DNA of 64,000 bases. Source: an uncultured Pelagibacterium sp. (GTDB lineage Bacteria; Pseudomonadota; Alphaproteobacteria; Rhizobiales; Devosiaceae). The position numbers and the translations under genes are program-made. This document shows positions 37,808 to 47,366 of this stretch, piece after piece. Below the pieces are notes generated by a model, which searched no databases, had not been told where the DNA came from, and saw only the letters and a program-made list of their open reading frames with translations. Position 1 is the stretch's first letter. Each line of letters begins with the position of its first letter. The DNA is taken from contig CAYSBF010000002.1 in assembly GCA_964429025.1 (NCBI GenBank), positions 12,249 through 76,248 of the forward strand, read 5' to 3'.

Positions 37808-38365
37808 GTGACCGTTCACGTATCGCCGCAAGCCTGCCCAGCGCTGGTCCTCAACGCGGATTTCAGGCCGCTCAGCTATTATCCGCTTTCGCTCTGGAGC
37901 TGGCAGGACGCCATCAAGGCCGTCTGCCTCGACCGGGTCCACATTGTTTCCGAATATGACAAGGTAGTGCGAAGTCCGAGCTTTGAGATCCGCCTGCCCA
38001 GCGTCATCTCGCTCAAGGACTATGTCCAGCCTGCCAAATACCCCGCCTTTACCCGTTTCAACGTTTTCCTGCGCGACAAATTCCAGTGTCAGTATTGCGG
38101 CTCGCGCCACGATCTGACCTTCGACCACGTCATACCACGCTCACGTGGCGGGCGCACCACCTGGGAAAATGTCGTCGCCGCCTGCTCGCCCTGCAATTTG
38201 CGCAAGGGCAACCGCATGCCCCGCGACATCGGCATGATTCCGATCCAGAAGCCCTTCCGGCCGACCGTCCACGACCTCCACAACAATGGCCGCGCCTTCC
38301 CGCCCAACTATCTGCACGAGAGCTGGCTCGACTATCTCTACTGGGATATCGAACTCGAGCCGTAA
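37808..38365 (+). CDS. HNH endonuclease
   Basis: VLNADF N-terminus; CQYCG, DHVIPRSRGG, CSPCNLRKG. Confidence 0.9.
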   Translation: MTVHVSPQACPALVLNADFRPLSYYPLSLWSWQDAIKAVCLDRVHIVSEYDKVVRSPSFEIRLPSVISLKDYVQPAKYPAFTRFNVFLRDKFQCQYCGSRHDLTFDHVIPRSRGGRTTWENVVAACSPCNLRKGNRMPRDIGMIPIQKPFRPTVHDLHNNGRAFPPNYLHESWLDYLYWDIELEP

Positions 38366-38368
38366 CGC

Positions 38369-38869
38369 TCAGCGGGCCAACTGGCGCCAAAGGCTCAGTC
38401 CGAGAAGAACCACAATCGCCGCCGAGATCAGCGCGTTGAACCCGGCGAGCGAAATGCCGAACAGCTCCCACTGCACCGCATTGCACGCAACGACCTGCGC
38501 GCCCGACAGGTCGCCGAGCATGTCGAGGCTCACCGCCACATCGCCTGTCCCCGAACACGCAGTGGGGCCCTCGAAAAAGCCCCACTCGACACCTGTGTGA
38601 TAAATGCCGAGCCCTGTGCCCCAGACGAAAAGCCCGCCCACCAGGAGGGTAAGGGCAAGCCGGACCGGTCTTGGCAGCACATTCCAGAGCAGGACGAGCA
38701 GGCCGAGCGCCGGCAGGCCGACATAATAAGGCAGACGCTGGGTGAGACAGAGCTCGCACGGATAGAGCCCCCCGATATGCTGGAAGGCCAGCGCACCCAG
38801 AATAGTTGCAAGCCCCAGCACGAAGCCACCTATGGCAAGCCCGCGATCGGGCAGGGAGGTGAGGGTCAT
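38369..38869 (-). CDS. dsbB: Disulfide bond formation protein B family
   Basis: Four TM segments, PCELC..QR, H.GVEWG..EGP..C, second Cys pair. Confidence 0.85.
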   Translation of the reverse strand: MTLTSLPDRGLAIGGFVLGLATILGALAFQHIGGLYPCELCLTQRLPYYVGLPALGLLVLLWNVLPRPVRLALTLLVGGLFVWGTGLGIYHTGVEWGFFEGPTACSGTGDVAVSLDMLGDLSGAQVVACNAVQWELFGISLAGFNALISAAIVVLLGLSLWRQLAR

Positions 38870-38877
38870 AACAGATC

Positions 38878-39459
38878 CTAACGCAGATATCGCAAGACGA
38901 CGAAGCCGCCCACCAGCACGACGGCAAAGACGACCGTCACGAGGCCAAGGCGCTTTTCAATGAAGGCGCGGATCGGCTCGCCATAGAGATATAGCAACCC
39001 CGCCACGAGGAAAAAGCGCGCTCCCCGAGATATGATCGACCCCAGAACGAAGACGGGGAAGGCCAGCCCGGCAAATCCCGAGGCAATGGTGAAGACCTTG
39101 TAGGGAATGGGGGTAAAGCCGGCGACAAAGACGATCAGCAACCCGTAAGCCTCGAACCATGCCTGGAGTGTCTCGAAGGCGCCTTCATAGTGATAAAAGG
39201 CGATGATCGGCCGGGCCAGCGGCTCGAACAGATAGGCGCCGATGAGATAGCCGAATATCCCGCCAAGGACGGATGCGACCGTGCAGATGAGAGCGTGCCG
39301 CAAGGCCGCCCGGCGTTCGGCAATGACCATCGGTATGAGCATGACATCGGGAGGAATGGGAAAGAACGAGCTTTCCGCAAAGCTGACCCCGGCCAGAGCG
39401 TAGGGAGCCTGGCGGCCCGATGCGAGGGCCATCACCCAATTATAAAGTCGGCGCAGCAT
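38878..39459 (-). CDS. YqaA/DedA family membrane protein
   Basis: SFAESSFFPIPPD, FTPIPYK, RGARF motifs. Confidence 0.88.
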   Translation of the reverse strand: MLRRLYNWVMALASGRQAPYALAGVSFAESSFFPIPPDVMLIPMVIAERRAALRHALICTVASVLGGIFGYLIGAYLFEPLARPIIAFYHYEGAFETLQAWFEAYGLLIVFVAGFTPIPYKVFTIASGFAGLAFPVFVLGSIISRGARFFLVAGLLYLYGEPIRAFIEKRLGLVTVVFAVVLVGGFVVLRYLR

Positions 39460-39579
39460 GTCGTTTATGGCGTCCCATGAGGCTGGCGCGGCAAGCCATG
39501 CCCCACGGCGAGCGTGTGTTCAAGCGAAATTGCGCCCGTTCCACCCCTGAGCGGCAAAAGGACACGCGGGAGAAGGCGA

Positions 39580-39607
39580 TTGACGGGATGGGGCCAACTC
39601 ATATAGT
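39580..39607 (+). promoter_or_regulatory. Promoter of tRNA-Leu
   Basis: TTGACG-N16-TATAGT ending 20 bp before the tRNA. Confidence 0.65.
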
Positions 39608-39626
39608 CCGCTCCCGGATGACCGTC

Positions 39627-39713
39627 GCGGGCGTGGCGGAACTGGTAGACGCGCCAGACTCAAAATCTGGTTCTGGAAACAGAGTGTCGGTTCGATTCCG
39701 ACCGCCCGCACCA
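39627..39713 (+). tRNA. tRNA-Leu (anticodon CAA)
   Basis: GCGGGCG/CGCCCGC acceptor stem, ccaga-ct-CAA-aa-tctgg, long variable arm, GGTTCGATTCC, CCA. Confidence 0.97.
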
Positions 39714-39747
39714 CTACTCCTCACTAAGTCGCGACGACTTTGCCGGC

Positions 39748-40164
39748 TCAGGCGCGCCGCACGACCGGTTCATCGGCATCATATCGGGCGCGGGCCTCGG
39801 CGATATCGTCCTGGTGCTCGCTGACCCAGTCCCAAAGCGCTCTGATTGGGCCGAGCAGCGTCTGGCCCAACTCCGTCAACTCATACTCCACCCGCGGCGG
39901 CACCTCGGCAAAGATTGTGCGCCTTACCAGCCCGTCACGCTCGAGATTGCGCAGCGTAAGCGTCAGCATGCGCTGGGAAATGCCATCGACGGCGCGGCGG
40001 ATTTCCGAGAACCTCATGGTGCCCTTTCCCAGATGGGCCACCACCATGACGCTCCACTTGTCCCCGATCCGGTTCAGGATGTCGCTCATCACGAGACAGG
40101 TTGTACCGTCCCGCGCCGTAAGAGGCGAGGTCGGCAATTTTGCCGCGACAGTCGTGGTGCTCAT
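39748..40164 (-). CDS. HxlR family winged-helix regulator
   Basis: IGDKWS, RFSEI, ISQRMLTLTLR.LERDGLV, PPRVEY.LT.LG. Confidence 0.9.
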   Translation of the reverse strand: MSTTTVAAKLPTSPLTARDGTTCLVMSDILNRIGDKWSVMVVAHLGKGTMRFSEIRRAVDGISQRMLTLTLRNLERDGLVRRTIFAEVPPRVEYELTELGQTLLGPIRALWDWVSEHQDDIAEARARYDADEPVVRRA

Positions 40165-40343
40165 CGGCAGCTATCCCCTCATCGAACGCTCATGATAAAC
40201 CAGCTTGCCGGCTCTGGCCAGCGTGGCCAGATCGGCATGGGTCCGGCAAGAGTTGTGGCATCTGCCTGCCGCGGCATTGTTCTGCCATATTGGGGCTGTT
40301 AAGAGATCGCCCAACCGCAACACCTGACCTCCGGAGCCTGACG

Positions 40344-41519
40344 GTGACGTTTGTGAGAAACGCCATCCTTTCGGCGATCCTTGCCTTCGGCTTCGTGCTG
40401 TCGGCCCTGTCGCCCGCCGCCGCCATCCCCCAGCTTCTGGTCGACATGCGCACCGGTGAGGTGCTCTATGAGCAGGATGCGGGCGTGCCCTGGCATCCGG
40501 CATCGCTCACCAAGCTCATGACCGCTCTCCTCGCGTTCGAGGCGATAGAGCGCGGCGAGGTCGATCTTGCGACCCCAGTCATCACAAGCGCCAATGCGCT
40601 GAGCGTTCCGCCCTCCAAGATGGGATTCCCGGTCGACACCGCTATCAGTCTTGAGGACGCGCTTTATCTCCTGATCGTCAAATCGGCCAATGACATTGCG
40701 GTCGCCGTGGCTGAAACCATTGGCGGGAGCGAAGCCAACTTTGTGGCCATGATGAACCGGCGGGCCGCCGAAATGGGCCTTACCGCCACCCATTTCGTCA
40801 ATCCGCACGGGCTACACGACCCCGCCCAGGTAACGAGCGCCCGCGACATGGCGGTCCTCGCGCTTACCATTCGCGCCCGCTATCCCCAATATGACGCCAT
40901 CTTCAATACCCAGACCGTCGAGCACGGTCAGTCGCGCTCGCACACCAACAATGCGCTTCTGAGCCGGTTCGCCGGCACCAACGGCATGAAGACCGGCTAT
41001 GTCTGCGCCTCCGGGCTCAATATCGTGGCCACCGCCGAACGCAATGGGCGGCATCTGATGGCCGTCACCCTTGGCGCCAGTTCGGCGCGCGAGCGCGGCG
41101 AGATGACGGCCCAGATGCTCTTTTCCGGTTTTGCAGGGGGATATCGCGGGACCGGCCAGAATGTCGTCTCACTTGCCAACCGGGCCGGCCTCGCGCCGGT
41201 CGATATGCGCCCCAATATCTGCGGCTCGGGTGCCGCCGAATACAATGAGGCGCGCATGGAGGATTTCCCGGTCGGGCTCGAAGGCCAGATCAGCTATCTC
41301 ACTGACAAGATCACCCCGCCCGTCCACCGCATGACCATTCTGGGGCGGCTGCGCGATGTGCCCCTGCCGCGCCCGCGGCCCGGCTTTGACGCCCCGCCCG
41401 TTATCGCCTCGGCCGGTTCGCCCGCGCTGATGACGCTCGATTTCGGCGATGGCACGCCGCCCGACCCCTCTATAAACGAACCGCTCGTTCCCCTGCCGAG
41501 GCCTCGCCCGGCTTTCTAG
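40344..41519 (+). CDS. D-alanyl-D-alanine carboxypeptidase (peptidase S11)
   Basis: Signal peptide; PASLTK (SxxK), SAND (SxN), MKTG. Confidence 0.9.
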   Translation: MTFVRNAILSAILAFGFVLSALSPAAAIPQLLVDMRTGEVLYEQDAGVPWHPASLTKLMTALLAFEAIERGEVDLATPVITSANALSVPPSKMGFPVDTAISLEDALYLLIVKSANDIAVAVAETIGGSEANFVAMMNRRAAEMGLTATHFVNPHGLHDPAQVTSARDMAVLALTIRARYPQYDAIFNTQTVEHGQSRSHTNNALLSRFAGTNGMKTGYVCASGLNIVATAERNGRHLMAVTLGASSARERGEMTAQMLFSGFAGGYRGTGQNVVSLANRAGLAPVDMRPNICGSGAAEYNEARMEDFPVGLEGQISYLTDKITPPVHRMTILGRLRDVPLPRPRPGFDAPPVIASAGSPALMTLDFGDGTPPDPSINEPLVPLPRPRPAF

Positions 41520-41782
41520 CTCGCGCCGCCACAGACGATCTCGAAGCGCAGCACCCCCTCCTCTTCGCTGAGTTCGACACCGTGCCCGTGCTGCTTGCAA
41601 TAAAGCGGGATGTCGATGCGCGCGACCGGGTCGGTCGCAAGAACCGCGAGCCGTTCGCCCGGATCGAGGCGCGCCAGCATCTTTTCGGTCCGCAGCACCG
41701 GAAGAGGGCATTTTTCCCCACGTGCATCGACAAGAAAAGTTTCCGGCCCAAGACCCGGTTCAGACTGCATTGCGGCCACCAT
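41516..41782 (-). CDS. TusA family sulfur carrier
   Basis: VDARGEKCPLP, ATDP...DIP..C. Confidence 0.88.
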   Translation of the reverse strand: MVAAMQSEPGLGPETFLVDARGEKCPLPVLRTEKMLARLDPGERLAVLATDPVARIDIPLYCKQHGHGVELSEEEGVLRFEIVCGGAS

Positions 41783-41945
41783 CTACAAACGTCGCAGAAA
41801 TATTGAATGGATAAAAATCCAATAAAGCGGGAAACCGGCTATTGTCGCTGAACGTCGAACAGCAAAGGCCTTTCCCGGCAAGAAGCATTTTTTTACCCCG
41901 CAATGTTACCGATGAGACCAGTACCTAGGGAAAGGAACTGCCGCA

Positions 41946-42599
41946 ATGGCTGTGAGGGGACAGGCCACAGCGCAGAGTCAGAGCCAATCGGCACTGGACG
42001 ACCGGCTTCGCCATCTGGCGAATATGCCGGGGCGGTATTACCTCGAAAAATGGCGCGCGCCTGAAGACGGGCAGGTGACGAGCTTTGCCTGCCGAATCCA
42101 GCGCATTTCCCCGCGGATGATGACGCTTTCCGCCCCAGTCGGCGGCACGGTCGGAGACTGGGTAACCACCCATTTCGACGAGTTTGGCGTGCTGCGCGGC
42201 CAGATCACGCGCGCGCTGGGCTTCGGCTTTGTGATGTCGCTCAAAATGCGCGACGCCGATCGCGCCAAGCTCGCCTCCAAGGTGCTCTGGTTCGAAAGAC
42301 GGCGCAATTTCGAGGTCTCGGATCTGCGCCGCCACCGCCGCATCGTCCCGCGCAACCCTCAATCGACCCTCATCCTCGCCGACGGGTCCACTCTGCCCTG
42401 CTTTGTCATCGACATGAGCATCTCGGGCGCCGCCGTTTCCGCCAATATCGTCCCCAGGATCGGCATGCCCATGGCATTGGGGACTGTCGTTGGACGGATT
42501 GTGCGGATTCTTGACCCCGGCTTTGCGCTCGAATTTGTCGAAACGCTGGATGTCGACGATCTCGAGCACCGGCTGATCCGCGCCGATATGGCCATCTGA
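41946..42599 (+). CDS. Tandem PilZ-domain protein
   Basis: C-terminal domain has RRHRR and DMSISG motifs; N-terminal repeat is degenerate. Confidence 0.8.
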   Translation: MAVRGQATAQSQSQSALDDRLRHLANMPGRYYLEKWRAPEDGQVTSFACRIQRISPRMMTLSAPVGGTVGDWVTTHFDEFGVLRGQITRALGFGFVMSLKMRDADRAKLASKVLWFERRRNFEVSDLRRHRRIVPRNPQSTLILADGSTLPCFVIDMSISGAAVSANIVPRIGMPMALGTVVGRIVRILDPGFALEFVETLDVDDLEHRLIRADMAI

Positions 42600-42600
42600 C

Positions 42601-43086
42601 CTATTGCGCGAGCACCATCACCCAATGGGTGCCATAGGCCGAATTGGGATTGTAAACCACCGCAAGGCCCGCCCGTCTTGCCGCCGCTGACGCCAGCACA
42701 TCGGCATCGGCCGGTGAATTGCGCCAGCCGGAAAATGTCTCGGCGAAATTCTCATAGCCCGCGCTCAGGCGCATCGCGCTCGTTCCAGCCGGAAGCGCGG
42801 GCGGATTGCCGCTCGATGCATATTGGCTGGCAAGCGCCTGTGCCTGCTGGTCGAGCGCAGCATCGGCGCTGAGCGCCGCAACGCCGCGCGTGGCGCGATA
42901 CTGGTTGACGATCGAAAGCGCGGCCCCGCGATCCATCTGCGCACCGGGCGTATTGATCGCCTGGGTCAGCCCCGGCGCAAGCCCGCCCCCCGAAGACCCT
43001 CCCATGCATCCGGTGAGCGCGGTCGCGATCAGCAGGCTCGCGGCAAGCGCGGGGCCGGTGGAACGAAGACGGAAGGTTAGCGGCAT
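42601..43086 (-). CDS. CAP (SCP-like) domain lipoprotein
   Basis: LTGC lipobox; NQYRATRG, FSGWRNS, YW-like HWVMVLA end. Confidence 0.8.
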   Translation of the reverse strand: MPLTFRLRSTGPALAASLLIATALTGCMGGSSGGGLAPGLTQAINTPGAQMDRGAALSIVNQYRATRGVAALSADAALDQQAQALASQYASSGNPPALPAGTSAMRLSAGYENFAETFSGWRNSPADADVLASAAARRAGLAVVYNPNSAYGTHWVMVLAQ

Positions 43087-43119
43087 GGAAAGGGTCCGGT
43101 CTCTTGTAAAAATCATCGT

Positions 43120-43134
43120 CCGCAACCCTTGCCG
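43120..43134. promoter_or_regulatory. ftr-like (FlbD-type) enhancer candidate
   Basis: CCGCAA-ccc-TTGCCG, one mismatch from the palindrome CGGCAA-N3-TTGCCG, about 115 bp upstream of the sigma54 site. Confidence 0.4.
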
Positions 43135-43164
43135 CAACAAGGGCGCGAAATTGCGGCGGTTTTC

Positions 43165-43180
43165 CTAACCGGACATTAAC
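43165..43180. promoter_or_regulatory. CtrA-like site
   Basis: CTAA-ccggaca-TTAAC (7/8); further TTAAC half-sites at 43198 and 43230. Confidence 0.45.
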
Positions 43181-43230
43181 GCTCGCCCGGTGGGGGCTTA
43201 ACCATGAAACGCGATCATTGGGTAAAGCGT

Positions 43231-43243
43231 TAACAAAAGGTTG
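43231..43243 (+). promoter_or_regulatory. IHF-like site
   Basis: TAACAA-aagg-TTG, one mismatch from WATCAA-N4-TTR, just upstream of the -24 element. Confidence 0.45.
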
Positions 43244-43248
43244 CCAAC

Positions 43249-43264
43249 TGGCACGCTGCCTGCA
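43249..43264 (+). promoter_or_regulatory. Sigma54 (-24/-12) promoter
   Basis: TGGCACG-ctgc-CTGCA: GG-N10-GC spacing, one mismatch from TGGCACG-N4-TTGCW. Confidence 0.65.
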
Positions 43265-43340
43265 ACCTGATGGGCAGGCAAGGGCAAAACCCGTTTCAAA
43301 ACGGGACAAATGTGCCAAAATCGGAACAGGAAGGGTCATC

Positions 43341-43589
43341 TTGCGCGCGGATCGCAACAACGAGAAGCCCATTTCGGCACAAAGGCTGCCCATCAGCATC
43401 GCTGCGCCGCGCCCGCGCGCCTACCCCGCCGCTGCCCGCCCGGCCGCCGCCTTCCTTGCTCAATTGCTCACCGGGCGCCCCAATATCGCACCTGCCAGGG
43501 CAAACCAGGCCGATTGCAGCTATCGGCGGGCCGAGCAGAGCGACATCAAGCGCGTCCCTCCTGGCTACCGCACAAATCGCAGCGCCTGA
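43341..43589 (+). CDS. Hypothetical 82-aa protein downstream of the sigma54 promoter
   Basis: AGGAAGG RBS 6 nt before TTG 43341; RPAAAFLAQLL core; ends RVPPGYRTNRSA. Confidence 0.6.
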   Translation: MRADRNNEKPISAQRLPISIAAPRPRAYPAAARPAAAFLAQLLTGRPNIAPARANQADCSYRRAEQSDIKRVPPGYRTNRSA

Positions 43590-43654
43590 TCGCCTGATCC
43601 CCCGCGTCTGAACCCCCACGCAGCACCGGCGGGCGCGGTCTGTCCGATCCGCAC

Positions 43655-43692
43655 GTCATGTTTTTCTCACCCAATGTATGAAAAACTTGACA
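43655..43692 (+). promoter_or_regulatory. Inverted-repeat operator overlapping a TTGACA -35
   Basis: GTCATGTTTTTC-N13-GAAAAACTTGAC (11/12); TTGACA at 43687-43692, N17, CATAAG. Confidence 0.55.
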
Positions 43693-43755
43693 TCGATCGC
43701 CCACGGCTGCATAAGGAGCCTCACCAACCCAACGCTTCTCTCGGAGGCAGGCGCG

Positions 43756-44187
43756 ATGAGTTACAAGGAATGGACGGCTGTCGTTCAGCTTTTCGGTGCC
43801 GCCGTCATCGGCATCTGGCTGGCGTTCGACGCTTTTGGACCCGGGCTGGGGGACGGCACGACGGCCGGGCTCGCCATCCGGCTGCTCTGGGCTGTGGGCG
43901 GGATCATCGCAGTCAACGTGATCGGAATGATTGTCGTGACCATCGTCGTGACGGTGGTGCGAAAGCGCGAATTTGCCGACGAACCCGCCGATGAGCGCGA
44001 CGACATGATCGACGCCCGCTCAAGCCGCATCGGCTACATCGTTACCTCGTCTGTTGCCGCGCTCGTGCTCATTCCCCTGGCCATGGGCGCGGACCCGAAG
44101 CTTGCCATTGCCGCGCTCTTTCTTGCGCCAGTGGCGGGCGGTGTCGCCCATGCGGCGGCCCAGCTCGCCTTTTACCGGATGGGGTAG
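43756..44187 (+). CDS. Four-TM membrane protein (DUF2178-like)
   Basis: GGAGG RBS; hydrophobic helices; ADERDDMIDAR motif; precedes XRE HTH gene. Confidence 0.7.
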   Translation: MSYKEWTAVVQLFGAAVIGIWLAFDAFGPGLGDGTTAGLAIRLLWAVGGIIAVNVIGMIVVTIVVTVVRKREFADEPADERDDMIDARSSRIGYIVTSSVAALVLIPLAMGADPKLAIAALFLAPVAGGVAHAAAQLAFYRMG

Positions 44188-44192
44188 GACCC

Positions 44193-44423
44193 ATGGGCAA
44201 GGGCAAGGCGAGGATCGCCAACACGATCCGTACCTTGAGATTTCATGCCGGTGAGATGACCCAGGCCGAGCTCGCGGAAAGGGTCGGGGTCACCCGCCAG
44301 ACCATACTTGCCATGGAACAGGGCCGCTATTCGCCTTCCCTGGAAGTCGCCTTCAGGATCGCCCGCGTCTTCGGCGTCTCGATCGAAGAGGTATTCCAGT
44401 ACGAGGGCGGGCCGGAAAGCTGA
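44193..44423 (+). CDS. XRE/Cro-CI family HTH regulator
   Basis: TQAELAERVGVTRQTILAMEQGRYSPSLEVAF. Confidence 0.93.
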   Translation: MGKGKARIANTIRTLRFHAGEMTQAELAERVGVTRQTILAMEQGRYSPSLEVAFRIARVFGVSIEEVFQYEGGPES

Positions 44424-44444
44424 ACCGAACAGAATCGGAGATCG

Positions 44445-45434
44445 ATGATGAAAGCCGTTGTCTTTGACCGCTACGGCCCGCCCGATGTCATGCGCATCGT
44501 GGACCTGCCTCGGCCCGTGCCGGGCGACGATGAAGTGCTCATCGCCATCCAGGCCTCGGTCGCCACCCCTCCCGACTGCGCCTTTAGAAGCGCCAATCCC
44601 TTCATCATCCGCCTGATGTTCGGGCTCACCCGTCCGCGCAATAACCGGCTGGGCACGGTGCTGGCCGGAATCGTCGAGGCGGTGGGCAAGAACGTCACCC
44701 GCTTCCGGCCGGGCGATAAGGTCTATGGCGCCTCCGACGAGGCAATGGGCACCTACGCCGAGCATTTCGCGCTCAAGGAGACTGCGGTGCTGGCCCGAAT
44801 CCCGGAACGAATTTCCTTTGGCGAGGCAGCCGGCCTCTGCGAGGGATTTTTGACAGCCATGCCGTTCCTGCGCGATGAGGCAAGGCTTGTGCCCGGCCAG
44901 TCGATCCTCATCAATGGCGCCTCAGGCAATATCGGCTCGGTCGCCGTGCAATTGGCAAAGGTCATGGGCGCCGAAGTCACCGGCGTTGCCAGCGCCCGCA
45001 ATCGCGATCTTGTGCTCTCGCTCGGTGCCGATCATTTCATCGATTACGGCCAGGATGACTTCACCGCCCACAAGGGCCGCTATGACGTCATCTTCGATGC
45101 CGTCGGCAAATCCTCGTTTTCTCGCGCGAAACCGGCGCTTAAACCCCAAGGCATCTACATGACCACCGTACCGAGCCTGGGGATCATCATCCCCACGCTT
45201 CAGGCCAGAAAGGCAAAGGGGAAAAAAGGCCTGCTCGCCACCACCGGCCTGCGCAAGCCTGAGGATAAGCTCAAGGACCTGAACCTTCTTTCGGAGATGA
45301 TCGCCGCCGGCAAATTGCGCTGCGTCATCGACCGTACCTACCCGCTCGACAAGATTGCCGAGGCGCATGCCTATGTGGAAACCGGCCGCAAGCGCGGAAG
45401 CGTCGTCATCGAAATGACCAGGGATGCGGCCTAG
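44445..45434 (+). CDS. NAD(P)-dependent MDR-family (quinone-reductase-like) oxidoreductase
   Basis: INGASGNIG, YDVIFDAVG, AEAHAYVETG; zinc-ligand Cys motifs not evident. Confidence 0.88.
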   Translation: MMKAVVFDRYGPPDVMRIVDLPRPVPGDDEVLIAIQASVATPPDCAFRSANPFIIRLMFGLTRPRNNRLGTVLAGIVEAVGKNVTRFRPGDKVYGASDEAMGTYAEHFALKETAVLARIPERISFGEAAGLCEGFLTAMPFLRDEARLVPGQSILINGASGNIGSVAVQLAKVMGAEVTGVASARNRDLVLSLGADHFIDYGQDDFTAHKGRYDVIFDAVGKSSFSRAKPALKPQGIYMTTVPSLGIIIPTLQARKAKGKKGLLATTGLRKPEDKLKDLNLLSEMIAAGKLRCVIDRTYPLDKIAEAHAYVETGRKRGSVVIEMTRDAA

Positions 45435-45512
45435 GCGGGCCGGGGCGCCGGAACAGCGCTGAGGACGCCGGCGCACCCCGGGGCTGTAGAGGAGGCCTTG
45501 GCCTCGGATTTG

Positions 45513-46913
<1,401 letters not shown>

Positions 46914-47035
46914 CGCTTCCTCCGGTTCTCAGTTGCAGCCAGCGAAAAGGCCAGCCCCTTCTTCAAAGGACTGGCCGTAATCGTGATCAGGGCATCACGT
47001 CAATCGCGCTTTGGTCTAAGCGCGACCGCGCGATC

Positions 47036-47218
47036 TCAATTGCCCTTGGGCTCAAGGACCTGACGGCCGCGATACATGCCGGTCTTAAGATCGACATGGT
47101 GCGGACGGCGAAGCTCGCCGCTGTCCTTGTCCTCGACATAAGCTGCGGCCTTGAGGCCGTCGGCCGAGCGGCGGAAACCGCGCTTCATCGGCGTCGTCTT
47201 CCTCTTGGGTACTGCCAT
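47036..47218 (-). CDS. rpmF: 50S ribosomal protein L32
   Basis: MAVPKRKT...RRS...RRPHHV...GMYRGRQV. Confidence 0.96.
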   Translation of the reverse strand: MAVPKRKTTPMKRGFRRSADGLKAAAYVEDKDSGELRRPHHVDLKTGMYRGRQVLEPKGN

Positions 47219-47366
47219 TGTCCTGTCTCCGTCTTTTCTGTCTGCACAACCGTCGGCAATAGAAGTCCGCCGCGCCGGTCACGCCAATATCTGCTTCCGA
47301 TTGTCGGATCGTGGCGCTCTATACAGGACCCGGAAGGCTTTGGCTAGTCTCGCTGTGGCCGAAAAA

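Noticed and set aside
37808-38365. HNH gene as an anti-phage or homing system
   Set aside because: No methylase, partner defence genes, intron or mobility context; flanked by housekeeping genes.
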